Shown here in pieces: positions 19,082-29,799 of a stretch of 64,000 bases of DNA. Below the pieces are notes generated by a model. The model was not told where the DNA came from and ran no database searches. It worked only from the letters and a program-made list of their open reading frames with translations. The DNA is taken from positions 192,001 through 256,000 of the forward strand of contig CBDATA010000001.1 of the NCBI GenBank assembly GCA_965199715.1. Reading direction: 5' to 3'. Both the position numbers and the translations under genes were made by a program. The DNA is from Vicinamibacteria bacterium (GTDB lineage Bacteria > Acidobacteriota > Vicinamibacteria > Marinacidobacterales > Marinacidobacteraceae). The first letter of the stretch is position 1, and every line of letters starts with the position of its first letter.

Positions 19082-19428
19082 GCCTCCTCGGGCAGCGGAC
19101 GGTACTCCCGTTCGCCGACGTAGTCCTTGAGACCGGAAAAGCCGATCACTTCCCGGCCGGCCCGTTGGAGAATCGCCGCGGCACGCGCGGCCCGGGGGCC
19201 GACCATTCAAGTCGTGAGGATCGGGCGGTCCGTCGGCACCTCGTCCACGCGGTCCGCCAGCTCGCCCAGGTGGATGTGCAACGCCCCCGGAATCGTGCCC
19301 GACTCCGCTAGTTCGACCGCGGTGCGCACGTCCAGCAGCACCACGCCGGGACGGGAGCGGACCTCGTCGATCCGGTCGGCCGCGACGAAGGGGGCGCGAG
19401 TTCCGAGGACCCGTCCGATGACGCTCAC
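19078..19428 (-). CDS. Cytoplasmic single-domain rhodanese, probable selenoprotein (Sec at TGA 19207-19209)
   Basis: LLDVRTAVELAESGTIPGALHIH; PILTT-TGA-MVGPRAARAAAILQRAG continues in frame to TGA 19078-19080, which overlaps the next start (ATGA). Confidence 0.85.
19176..19191 (-). promoter_or_regulatory. Candidate bacterial SECIS hairpin
   Basis: Same 16-mer GCCGCGCGUGCCGCGG, 15 nt after the UGA. Confidence 0.65.
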
Positions 19429-19449
19429 GGGAGCCGGATGGTATCCGAC

Positions 19450-19722
19450 TCAGACGCGGACCCTGCGCGCGTGCGCCCGCGGCGGCAGCACGTCGGCGAG
19501 CCGCAGTCCCCGTCCCTTCACGTACGCGAGCAGGCCCTTCTTGTCGATCGTCCGCAGGGCGCGAGCGGACAGGCGCAGGCGCACCGACCGGCCCAGCTCG
19601 GGCACCCACACCGACTTCCACTGCAGGTTGGGAAGCTGGCGCCGCTTGTTGCGGTTGTTGGCGTGGCTGACCGAGTTCCCGGTCAGCGGGCGCTTGCCGG
19701 TCAGCGGGCAGGTGCGGGACAT
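19450..19722 (-). CDS. rpmB: 50S ribosomal protein L28
   Basis: MSRTCPLTGKRPLTGNSVSHANNRNKRRQLPNLQ. Confidence 0.96.
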   Translation of the reverse strand: MSRTCPLTGKRPLTGNSVSHANNRNKRRQLPNLQWKSVWVPELGRSVRLRLSARALRTIDKKGLLAYVKGRGLRLADVLPPRAHARRVRV

Positions 19723-19740
19723 GGGAACGGTTAATTTAGC

Positions 19741-22337
19741 TCAATTCAGGTCAAGTCCCTCGACCGTCGCGCCGTTGATCGCGTTCAGGAACAGCTTGTA
19801 GGTGCCCCGGGGCTGGCCGCGGAACTGGGGCCGGAACCCGAAGAGCACGATCTCGCCGGCGCCCCGGGGAATCCGGGCCATGGCGATCTTGCCCCCGATC
19901 GCGTCCTCCTCGCCGTATGCCCAGCCGCTCATCAGCAGATCCTCGTCGGCGTAGCGGGCGACGACCTCCACGTTCGGCGGCGGCTGCGCCGGCACGGTCT
20001 CCGCCCCGCCCTCGCGGGTGCGCGGGAGCGTGACGGCCTCGAACGCGCGGCTGCGCACGAACTGGGTCGCCACCTCGGGGCGCATCCCGAAGGCCAGGGG
20101 ATGCGTCGAGTCCACGTGCGCCCGGATCAGCGAGCCGGGGATGAAGAACCGGTCGTCGGCGAGGTTCGCCGTGGTGTTGCGCAGCGGGAGCCCGAACTGG
20201 GCCACGACGAAGTCGCTCGCCGCGTCGAGCGCGATGAGCGTGCCGCCGTCCTCCACGAAGCGGGCGAGCGCCAGCGAGCCCTCGAGGCCGATCCCGCCGA
20301 CGTACTGCTCGGGCATCGAGCCGGGGGCGTGCCCGTTCAGGATCTGCGCCGGGCTCTGGTGCGGCAGGATGATGACGTCCAGCCCCGAGAGCTCGCCGTC
20401 CCGGACGTCGTCGTCGTGGAGCGTCCGCAGGTCGTATTCGTAGCCCTCGAGGAGCCAGCGGGTCCATCCTTCGTCCATGCTCGCCACCCACGACTTGTAG
20501 AGGCCGACCCGCGCCGGCTCGAGCGGCAGCAGCGCCGCGCCCGGCGCCTCCGCGAGGCCGGCGACGTCGAGGCCGAGCTCGGTCGCGATCCCCTCCACGT
20601 CGGCGTCCGTCCCCCGGATCACGAGTGTCCCCGCCGGGAACTCCTCGTCCCCGGAGCGAAACGAGGCGCCCGCCCAAGCCACCTCGGCGCCGGCGGCGAG
20701 GAGCCGGTTCTGCGCGAGGATCGCCGCGTTCGGGCGATGCGAGACGGCGTAGCCGAATCCGGGGCTCCCCGAAACCGCGCCGTCGGGCGCCCGCACCGGG
20801 CCCCGAACCGGATCCAGGGAAACGCCGGGAACGCCGGGAACGACCTCGACGTCCACCCCCATCTGCATCGGGAGCGTCCAGCCGGCGAGGTCGTAGGGCG
20901 GATCCGGCGGGCCGTCCGGCGTGCGGCGCCGGTCCGGATACGCCTGCGGCTCGAGGAGATCCTCGGCGTAGGCCCGGAACGCCTGCGTTCCGGCGATCAC
21001 GTACGAGCCCGCGCCGAAGCTCTCGCCGCCCGCCTCGAAGTCCTCGGCGGCGCGCCCGATCTCGATCCCGCCGTCGAGCAGCACGTTCACGAGCGCGGCG
21101 GCCTCGCCCGGGTCCCACTGCTCCGCCGGAATCACCCAGCTCGTCCCGCTCTGCTCGATGGCGTCGCGGCCCATGCGCCAGATGTCGAAGAGCCACTTCT
21201 CGCGCAGGTCCGCGGCGACGTCGAGCACCGCGATCGAGGCGGTGAGCGTGTAACGCACCGGATCCGAGAAATGCGACGGGCCGCCCGGCCACGGGTACGG
21301 GTAGAAGACGTCCGTCCCGTCGGTCGGCGCCGCCTGCCCCCGCCGGGGGTTGCCGACGAAGCGGGGGCGATCCTCCGGTTCGTACGTCCTCGGCGAGGCC
21401 GAGGCGTGCGAGGTCTCGGTGAGCAGGCCGATCATGTTGTGGAAGTACGGCACCGTGCGCATGCCCCCGTTCCACCACATCGAATAGATCATGTCGGACA
21501 CCGCGCCCGGCATGCGCTTCATGGCGAAGCGGTTGGACATCGCCGAGCCGATGAGGTTCACCGACGTGGTCACGCCCGGGTGGATGCGCGGGTTCACCGG
21601 GTCGGCGAACGGCGGCAGGAAGATGCGCGCCCACGCCGGACCCGTCTGGTGGTGGTTGTACACGATCTGCGGGAACCACTCCCGGTACAGCTTCCGGCTC
21701 ACCGCGGCCGTCTCCGGCATGTTGTTCATGAACCAGTCGCGGTTGTTGTCGTGCCCGACGTAGTGATGGTAGAGCTCGGGCGGGCGGGTGTTCTCCCACT
21801 GCGTCTCGCGGTTGCGGTGGTACCACGAGGCCACGATGTCGAGACCGTCGGGGTTCATGCAGGGCATGAGGATCAGCACCACGTTCTCGCGGATGTTCTC
21901 CATCTCCGCCGATTCCTCGGTCGCGACCCGGTGGGCCAGCAGCGGCGCCATCTGCGCGGGAGCGACCTCGGTGGCGTGGAGGCCGGCGTCGATCCACACG
22001 ACGGCCTTCCCGTCGGCGGCGAGCCGACGCGCCTCGTCCTCCCCGATGCGGGCGTTCGCGAGCCGCGACGCCGTCTCCTTGTGCGCGTCGAGCGAAGCGA
22101 GGTTCTCCTCCGACGAGATGTACAGCACGATCAGGGGCTTTCCCAGCACCGACTGGCCGATCTCCTCGAGCTGGACCCGGGGCGAGGCCTCGGCGAGGCT
22201 GCGGTAGTAGTCGAGGAGCGGCTCCCAGAGCGCGAGCTGGTAGTCGTCGCCGGGCGCGAAGCCGAGCGCCGACGCCGGATCGGGGACCTGCGCCGCCGCC
22301 GGGCTCGCGAGCAGCGCGAGCGAGAGAACCGCGGACC

Positions 22338-22341
<4 letters not shown>
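19741..22341 (-). CDS. M14 family zinc carboxypeptidase-like protein with C-terminal GATase-like domain, exported
   Basis: Signal peptide [17 protein letters not shown]; GLHATE, NPDG, GHDNNRD, NHHQ; start overlaps the ilvC stop. Confidence 0.88.
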
Positions 22342-23351
<1,010 letters not shown>

Positions 23352-23422
23352 TCCCTGCCCTCCCGCAAGCGGACCGCCCGGGAACGCGGGCGGAAAACGG
23401 GCGGAAAGCCTACCAGCCGCGA

Positions 23423-23998
23423 TCAGCCGTCCGATCCGGCCTCGACTTCCTCGGGATTCACCGGCGCGGGGGCGGCCCGCAGGCGCGGATCCGTCATCGC
23501 GCTGGCCCGGCCGCGGGTCATTCCGACGAGTCCGGTGCGCACGATCTCGAGAAGTCCGTAGCTGCGCAGCACCTCGAACAGCCCGTCGATCTTCTCCGGC
23601 GCGGCGGTGGCCTCGAAGACGAGCGACTCGGGCGCCACGTCCACGAGTCGGGCGCCGGTCGCGCTGGCCAACTGGATCAGGTCGCTGCGGGTGGACTCGT
23701 CCGCCGACACCTTGAACATCGCCAGTTCCTTGCGGATCATCGGCCCGTCGTGGAGCGCCTCCACCCGGAGCACGTTCACGAGCTTGTAGAGCTGGGCCGC
23801 GATCCGCACCGCGCCGGTGCGGTCGGTCAGCACGACGATGGTCATCCGCGAGATGCCGGCGGTGCGGGCCGGCCCGACGGTGACCGACTCGATGTTGAAA
23901 CCGCGCCGGCGGAACAGCGAAGTGACCCGGTTCAGGACGCCGGGCCGATCCTCGACCCACAGCGCGAAAACCCTGGGCTCGACGCGCTCGTCACTCAC
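23423..23998 (-). CDS. ilvN: Acetolactate synthase small (regulatory) subunit
   Basis: [24 protein letters not shown]; EIVRTG. Confidence 0.95.
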   Translation of the reverse strand: MSDERVEPRVFALWVEDRPGVLNRVTSLFRRRGFNIESVTVGPARTAGISRMTIVVLTDRTGAVRIAAQLYKLVNVLRVEALHDGPMIRKELAMFKVSADESTRSDLIQLASATGARLVDVAPESLVFEATAAPEKIDGLFEVLRSYGLLEIVRTGLVGMTRGRASAMTDPRLRAAPAPVNPEEVEAGSDG

Positions 23999-25725
23999 CA
24001 CTCGCGCTCCCGCTCGAGCGCTCCCTCGGGCGCTTCTTCGGGGCGGCGGATCATCTCGTCGAGCTCCCTGCCGCTCGGAACCATCGGATAGACGGTGTCC
24101 TCCGGCTCCACCCGGAAGTCGAGGACGGTGGAACGATCCTCCGCCCGCGCCCGCTCCACGGCCTCCCGGGCCTCCTTCCTCGAGGAGACCGTCGCGGACG
24201 CGAGCCCGAAACTCTCGGCCAGCCTGGCGAAGTCCGGGCTCAGGAGCGGAGTTCCCGAATAGCGGCCCCGGTAGAAGAACTCCTGCCACTGGCGGACCAT
24301 GCCGAGATAGCCGTTGTTGATGATCGCGACGTGGAGCTTGATCCCCTCCTGCGCGATCGTGGCCAGCTCGCACATGGTCATCTGGAAGCCCCCGTCGCCG
24401 ACGACCGCCCAGACCTCCTCGTCCGGACGGGCCACCTTCGCCCCGACGGCCGCCGGGAGCGCGAAGCCCATGGTCCCGAGCCCGCCCGAAGTGATGAGGC
24501 TGCGCCGCCCCTCGTGCCGGTAGTACTGGGCCTCCCACATCTGGTGCTGCCCCACGTCGGTGACGACGATCGCCTCGCCGCCGGTGATCCGCCAGATGTC
24601 GTGGATCACGTGCGCAGCGTGGAAGTGGCCCGTCTCGGGGAGGTTCTGGATGTCACGCACCGCGCTGTCGCCGCGCATCGCGCGGATGCGGTCGTTCCAC
24701 GGGACGTGGCCGGCGGGGGCCACCGACGGCAGCAAGCCGTCGAGCACCGCGGCCAAGTCCCCGGCGATCGCGACGTCCACCCGCACGTTCTTGTGGAACT
24801 CGGACGGATCGATGTCGATGTGGATCTTCTTCGCCTCGGTCGCGTAGCGCGCCGGGTTGCCGGTGACCCGGTCGTCGAACCGCATGCCGAGCGCGATGAG
24901 GAGGTCCGCCTCCTGGATCGCCCGGTTCACCCACGCCTCGCCGTGCATTCCCATCATCCCGAGGTTGAGCGGGTGCGACGCGGGCACCGCGCCGATGCCC
25001 AGCAGCGTCATGGCCATCGGGATCTGCGCCCGCTCCGCGAGCTCCAGCACGTGGCGGCGCGCGCCGGAGAGCTCGATCCCGCGTCCGGCGAGGATGAGCG
25101 GCCGCTCCGCCCGGGCGATCAGCCGCGCCGCCCGCGCGAACGCCGCCTTCGAGGGGGTCGGGGCCGGGTCGTAGCCGGGAAGGTCGATCGCGCCCGGATC
25201 CCAGCGCCCGCAGGTGGTCGCCTCCTGGGCGTCCTTGGTGACGTCCACAAGCACGGGCCCCGGCCGCCCCGACCGGGCCACGTGAAACGCCTCGTGGAGG
25301 GCGGGGGCGATCTGGTCCACGTCGGAGACGAGATAGTTGTGCTTCGTGATCGGCAGCGTGATCCCGGTGACGTCCACTTCCTGGAAGGCGTCGGTGCCGA
25401 TGACCTTGCTCGGGATCTGGCCGGTGACGCACACGAGCGGCGAGGAGTCCAGCATCGCGGTGGCGATTCCGGTGACCATGTTCGTCGCGCCGGGACCCGA
25501 CGTGGCGACGGCGACCCCGACCCCGCCGCTCGCCCGGGCGAAGCCGTCGGCCATGTGGGTCGCGCCCTGCTCGTGACGGACGAGCACGTGGCGGATGGGG
25601 TAGTCGAGCAGCGCGTCGTAGGCCGGCAGGATGGCGCCGCCCGGATATCCGAACACGGTGCGCACACCCTCGGCGAGGAGGGTCTCCCAGAGGATCTGCG
25701 CGCCGCTGCGCGTCGCGGCGGTCAC
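23995..25725 (-). CDS. ilvB: Acetolactate synthase large subunit
   Basis: VFGYPGGAILP, VRHEQGA, TSGPGATN, DVGQHQMW, GDGGFQM. Confidence 0.96.
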   Translation of the reverse strand: MTAATRSGAQILWETLLAEGVRTVFGYPGGAILPAYDALLDYPIRHVLVRHEQGATHMADGFARASGGVGVAVATSGPGATNMVTGIATAMLDSSPLVCVTGQIPSKVIGTDAFQEVDVTGITLPITKHNYLVSDVDQIAPALHEAFHVARSGRPGPVLVDVTKDAQEATTCGRWDPGAIDLPGYDPAPTPSKAAFARAARLIARAERPLILAGRGIELSGARRHVLELAERAQIPMAMTLLGIGAVPASHPLNLGMMGMHGEAWVNRAIQEADLLIALGMRFDDRVTGNPARYATEAKKIHIDIDPSEFHKNVRVDVAIAGDLAAVLDGLLPSVAPAGHVPWNDRIRAMRGDSAVRDIQNLPETGHFHAAHVIHDIWRITGGEAIVVTDVGQHQMWEAQYYRHEGRRSLITSGGLGTMGFALPAAVGAKVARPDEEVWAVVGDGGFQMTMCELATIAQEGIKLHVAIINNGYLGMVRQWQEFFYRGRYSGTPLLSPDFARLAESFGLASATVSSRKEAREAVERARAEDRSTVLDFRVEPEDTVYPMVPSGRELDEMIRRPEEAPEGALEREREW

Positions 25726-26162
25726 GCGGCGTCCTCCGCCGCCAGCGCGTCGCGGATGGAGCGCGCCATGTCCTCGCCGTCGCGCTGGCCGAGCGAGCCG
25801 GGCCGCCATTTGAGCGAGAGCCCGCCCCGGCCTCTCGGCCCCGGATGGGGAATGACGTGGAAGTGCACGTGGGGCACCGACTGCCCGGCGGGAGCGCCGT
25901 TGTTCTGGAGGACGTTGCAGTGCGGGGTTCCGGCGGCGGCCGCGACCGCCCGGCAGATGCGCGGGAGCGCGCGGCCGATGGCCGCGGCCGAGTCGTCGGA
26001 GAGCTCGCCGAGAGTCGCCCGGCTCTCCCGGGGGACGACGAGAACGTGCCCGGGACTCACCGGAGCGATGTCCAGAAACGCGAAGACCATGTCGTCCTGA
26101 TATACCCGGTGGCTCGGAATCTCCCCGCTCGCGATGCGATCGAAGAGCGTGGGCGCGGGCAC
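25722..26162 (-). CDS. HIT family nucleotide hydrolase
   Basis: TLFDRIASGEIP, AFLDIAP, GHVLVVP, AGQSVPHVHFHVIP. Confidence 0.92.
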   Translation of the reverse strand: MPAPTLFDRIASGEIPSHRVYQDDMVFAFLDIAPVSPGHVLVVPRESRATLGELSDDSAAAIGRALPRICRAVAAAAGTPHCNVLQNNGAPAGQSVPHVHFHVIPHPGPRGRGGLSLKWRPGSLGQRDGEDMARSIRDALAAEDAA

Positions 26163-26220
26163 CGGCGGCAACCCTAGCAGCACCGGGCGATTCCCGGTCG
26201 CTGCCATACACTTCGCGCCG

Positions 26221-27228
26221 ATGAAACGCTGGGTTTTCCATCGCTTCGGGGCGGACGCCCTCGCCTTCGAGGAGGCGGACCCGCCGGCGCCCGGCCCCGG
26301 CGAGGCGCTGGTCCGGCTTCGTGCGGCCTCGCTCAACTATAGGGACGTGCTGGTGCTCGACGGCCACTACAACCCGCGCCTGCCGCTCCCCCAGGTCCCG
26401 GTCAGCGACGGCGCCGGCGTGGTGACCGAAGTCGGCGAGGGAGTTTCCCAGTTCGCTCCCGGCGACCGGGTCATCACCCATCCGGTGGTCGGTTGGGAGG
26501 ACGGGCGCATCCGGCGGGCGTACGGGCGGGCGACGCTCGGCGGACCGGGTCCGGGGATGGCGCAGGAGTTCGTCGCGCTGTCCGAGGCGGCGCTTTGCCG
26601 CGCCCCCGAGGGCTGGTCCCACGAGGAGGCGTCCACGCTTCCCATCGCCGGGCTGACCGCGTGGAGCGCGCTCGTGACCGAGGGACCGGTCTCCTCCGGC
26701 CAGACCGTGCTCACGCTCGGAACCGGCGGCGTCTCCATCTTCGCGCTCCAGATCGGCAAGGCGCTCGGGGCGCGGGTGATCGTCACCTCGAGCTCGGAGC
26801 GAAAGCTCGCCCGCGCCAGGGAGCTCGGCGCCGACTTCGGGATCCATCGGCTGGAGGAGCCCCGGTGGGACGCGGCCGTGCGGGAGTGGACCGGCGGCGA
26901 CGGCGTGGACTTCGTCGTCGAGAACGGGGGCGCGGGGACGCTCGGCCAGTCGCTGCGGGCGACCGCGCCCGGGGGCACGGTGGCGCTTCTGGGCGCGCTC
27001 ACCGGGCTGTCGGCTCCGGTGGAGCTCGCTCCGGCGATCATGCGCCGCATCCGGATCGCCGGGATCATGACCGACTGCCGGCGGGCGCTGCGCGACCTCG
27101 TCGCCTTCGTCGAGGAGCGCGGCCTCCGGCCGGTCGTGGACCGCGCGTTCCCGCTGGATGCGCTTCCAGAGGCGTTTTCGACGATGCGCGCCGGAGCCCA
27201 CTTCGGCAAGATCGTCATCAAGATCTGA
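26221..27228 (+). CDS. NAD(P)-dependent MDR-family oxidoreductase (zinc-type ADH-like)
   Basis: ASLNYRD, SDGAG, GTGGVS, HFGKIVI. Confidence 0.9.
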   Translation: MKRWVFHRFGADALAFEEADPPAPGPGEALVRLRAASLNYRDVLVLDGHYNPRLPLPQVPVSDGAGVVTEVGEGVSQFAPGDRVITHPVVGWEDGRIRRAYGRATLGGPGPGMAQEFVALSEAALCRAPEGWSHEEASTLPIAGLTAWSALVTEGPVSSGQTVLTLGTGGVSIFALQIGKALGARVIVTSSSERKLARARELGADFGIHRLEEPRWDAAVREWTGGDGVDFVVENGGAGTLGQSLRATAPGGTVALLGALTGLSAPVELAPAIMRRIRIAGIMTDCRRALRDLVAFVEERGLRPVVDRAFPLDALPEAFSTMRAGAHFGKIVIKI

Positions 27229-27229
27229 C

Positions 27230-28228
27230 GTGTCGGACGCGATCCCGCCCGCGCGGGCCACCTTCCTCGTCACCGGCGCCGCCGGCTTCATCGGAAGCCG
27301 CTTCGCCGAGCGGATCCTCGAGCGGCGCCCCGGTTGCCGGGTGATCTCGGTGGACAAGCTCACCTACGCCGGATCGCTCGCGAACCTGGCGGGAATCCTC
27401 GACGACCCCCGGCACCGCTTCGCGCAGGCGGACATCTGCGACCGCGACGCGATGGAGCCGCTCGTCGCCGAGGCCGACGTGCTCGTGAACCTCGCCGCCG
27501 AGACCCACGTGGACCGGGCGATCGAGGACGGCGTGGACTTCGCCCGGACCGACGCCGTGGGCGCCGCGGTGCTTCTCGAGAGCTTCCGGCGCGCCGGACG
27601 CGGGCGGTTGTTCGTGCAGGTCTCGACCGACGAGGCGTACGGCCCGATCCACGAGGGAACCGCCGCCGAGGACGCGCCCCTCGCCCCGGCGAACCCGTAC
27701 GCGGCCAGCAAGGCGGGCGCGGATCTGCTGGCGCTCGCGTGGGCCGCGACCCACGGGCTGCCCGTGGTCGTCACCCGGGGGGCGAACACCTACGGCCCGA
27801 GGCAGCACCCGGAGAAGATGATCCCGGCGTTCACCCGGGCGGCGCTCTCCGGACGCCCGCTGCCGCTGTACGGCGACGGGCTGCAGGTGCGGAACTGGCT
27901 CCACGTGGACGACCACTGCGCCGCCTTGGATCTCGTGGTCGAGCGAGGCGAGCCCGGACGGATCTACAACGTGGGGAGCCGGGACGAATCCACGAACCTC
28001 GCCATGGCCCACCGCATCCTCGAGCTCGTGGAGGCGCGCACCGGGCTGCGGGGGCGGATCGCGCACGTCGAGGACCGGCCCGGGCACGACCGGCGGTACG
28101 GGCTCGACAGCGGGCGGCTGGAGGCGCTCGGCTGGCGTCCCCGCGTGGACCTCGACGCCGGGCTCGAGGCCACGGTGGAGTGGGTCGCGGAGCGGTTCTC
28201 AGGAGTGCGCGAGGTCGCGACGGTCTGA
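27230..28228 (+). CDS. rfbB: dTDP-glucose 4,6-dehydratase
   Basis: VTGAAGFIG, DKLTYAG, AAETHVDR, STDEAYG, PYAASKA, DRPGHDRRY. Confidence 0.9.
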   Translation: MSDAIPPARATFLVTGAAGFIGSRFAERILERRPGCRVISVDKLTYAGSLANLAGILDDPRHRFAQADICDRDAMEPLVAEADVLVNLAAETHVDRAIEDGVDFARTDAVGAAVLLESFRRAGRGRLFVQVSTDEAYGPIHEGTAAEDAPLAPANPYAASKAGADLLALAWAATHGLPVVVTRGANTYGPRQHPEKMIPAFTRAALSGRPLPLYGDGLQVRNWLHVDDHCAALDLVVERGEPGRIYNVGSRDESTNLAMAHRILELVEARTGLRGRIAHVEDRPGHDRRYGLDSGRLEALGWRPRVDLDAGLEATVEWVAERFSGVREVATV

Positions 28229-28927
28229 TTTCTCCGGCCGCCACGGCTCGAGCCCGAGCCGCTCGCGGACGAACCACACCGCGAGATAGATCAACGGCGT
28301 GTCCACGACGGCCACCATCCACTTGAACACGACCCCGTTCGCGATCAGCATCGGGAGCCGCTCCCAGGTCAGCTCCTCGACCCCGAAGCCCGCGAGCAAC
28401 GAGTTCACCAGGATCGTGTCCACGAGCTGCGAGGCGAAGGTCGAGGCGTTGTTCCGAAGCCACAGGTGCCGCCCCCCGGTGACCCGCTTCCAGAAGTGGA
28501 ACATGCGGATGTCGAGGTACTGGGCGCCGAGGTAGGCCCCCATCGAGGCGGTCAGCATGAGCGCCTGGAGCCCGAAGACGCGAGTGAACGTCGCGTCGTC
28601 CACCTCGCTCCAGCTCGCCGCGGGGACCGCGTCCGAGACCGCGATGAGCGCCCCCACGAAGACGCTCGCGACGAGGCCGGCGGTGACGAGCCGACTGACG
28701 CGCCGCCGTCCGAAGAATTCGGAGAGCAGGTCGGTGCAGATGAAGGTCACCGGATAGGCGAGAATCCCGACCGAGAGCTCCATCCGGGGCTCGAGGCCGA
28801 GGAACGCGAGCGCCGGAATCTCCCAGACGAAGAACTTGCGGAAGATGAGGTTGCAGGCCACCAAGGCGGCGAGGAAGACGCCCCCCACATACAGGAACAC
28901 CTGATCGGCGCGGTCTTTCGGGTTCAC
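28199..28927 (-). CDS. Queuosine precursor transporter (YhhQ/Vut_1 family)
   Basis: Multi-pass membrane protein; YPVTFICTDLLSE, HLWLRNNAST..SQLVDT. Confidence 0.88.
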   Translation of the reverse strand: MNPKDRADQVFLYVGGVFLAALVACNLIFRKFFVWEIPALAFLGLEPRMELSVGILAYPVTFICTDLLSEFFGRRRVSRLVTAGLVASVFVGALIAVSDAVPAASWSEVDDATFTRVFGLQALMLTASMGAYLGAQYLDIRMFHFWKRVTGGRHLWLRNNASTFASQLVDTILVNSLLAGFGVEELTWERLPMLIANGVVFKWMVAVVDTPLIYLAVWFVRERLGLEPWRPEKSDRRDLAHS

Positions 28928-28928
28928 G

Positions 28929-29789
28929 TCAGGCGGGGGCGACGCCGAGCAGGCCGCCGTAGGTTTCGACCCGCCGGTCGCGCAGGAACTGAAGCAGCCG
29001 GCGGGCGTCCGCGACGCTTCCGAAGTCGAGGGTGGCGGTCACGAGCTCCGGCCGGTCGCCGGCGCGGGCGAGAACCTCGCCCAGCGGACCCGCGAAGAAG
29101 CTGCCGCCGTAGAACGCCGCATCCCCCTCGCGTCCGACCCGGTTGGCGGCTCCGACGAAGACCCCGTTGGCGATGGCGTGGGCGCGCATCGCCGTCCGCC
29201 AGGCGTCCTCGGAGGAGTACCCCGGCCGGTCGGGTTCGGAGCCGATCGCGGTCGGGAAGAGCAGCAGCTCGGCGCCCCCGAGCGCAAGCGCCCGCGCCGC
29301 CTCGGGAAACCACTGGTCCCAGCAGATGCCGACGCCGATCCGTCCGAAGGCCGTGTTCCAGACCGGATAGCCGAGGTCGCCCGGCGTGAAGTAGTACTTC
29401 TCGTGGTAGCCCGGACCGTCGGGAATGTGGTTCTTGCGGTAGCGCCCGAGGAGCGAGCCGTCGGCGTCGAAGACGAGCGCGGTGTTGAACGCGACGCCGG
29501 GCGCCGCCTCCTCGAACACCGGAACCACGAGCACGAGGCCGAGTTCCCCGGCGAGTCGGCCGAGTTCGAGCGCTCTGGGCGACGGCTGGGGCTCGGCGAG
29601 GCCGCAGCGCTCGACCGAGACCTGCGCGGGGAAGTAGGGCAGGTCGTAGAGCTCCGGCAGGCAGACGATGCGGGCGCCGCCCGCGGCGGCCTCGCGCACC
29701 GCCGCGACCGCGACCCGGTGCGCCCGGTCGCGGTCCGGCTCCACCGCCCGCTGGACGAGAGCCGCCGTGACGGCGGAGCGGGAGCTCAT
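28929..29789 (-). CDS. aguB: N-carbamoylputrescine amidase (nitrilase family)
   Basis: LPEL, YRKNHIPDGPGYHEKYYFTPGD, GICWDQWFPEAAR, PTAIGSEP. Confidence 0.9.
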   Translation of the reverse strand: MSSRSAVTAALVQRAVEPDRDRAHRVAVAAVREAAAGGARIVCLPELYDLPYFPAQVSVERCGLAEPQPSPRALELGRLAGELGLVLVVPVFEEAAPGVAFNTALVFDADGSLLGRYRKNHIPDGPGYHEKYYFTPGDLGYPVWNTAFGRIGVGICWDQWFPEAARALALGGAELLLFPTAIGSEPDRPGYSSEDAWRTAMRAHAIANGVFVGAANRVGREGDAAFYGGSFFAGPLGEVLARAGDRPELVTATLDFGSVADARRLLQFLRDRRVETYGGLLGVAPA

Positions 29790-29799
29790 GGCGGGCGGG

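Noticed and set aside
18803-19209. Genome-wide UGA reassignment (genetic code 4 or 25) as the explanation for the in-frame TGAs
   Set aside because: Many conserved genes here end at TGA at the expected position (ilvB, ilvC, rplT, rpmI, moaC) and Trp is encoded by TGG, so any recoding must be site-specific.
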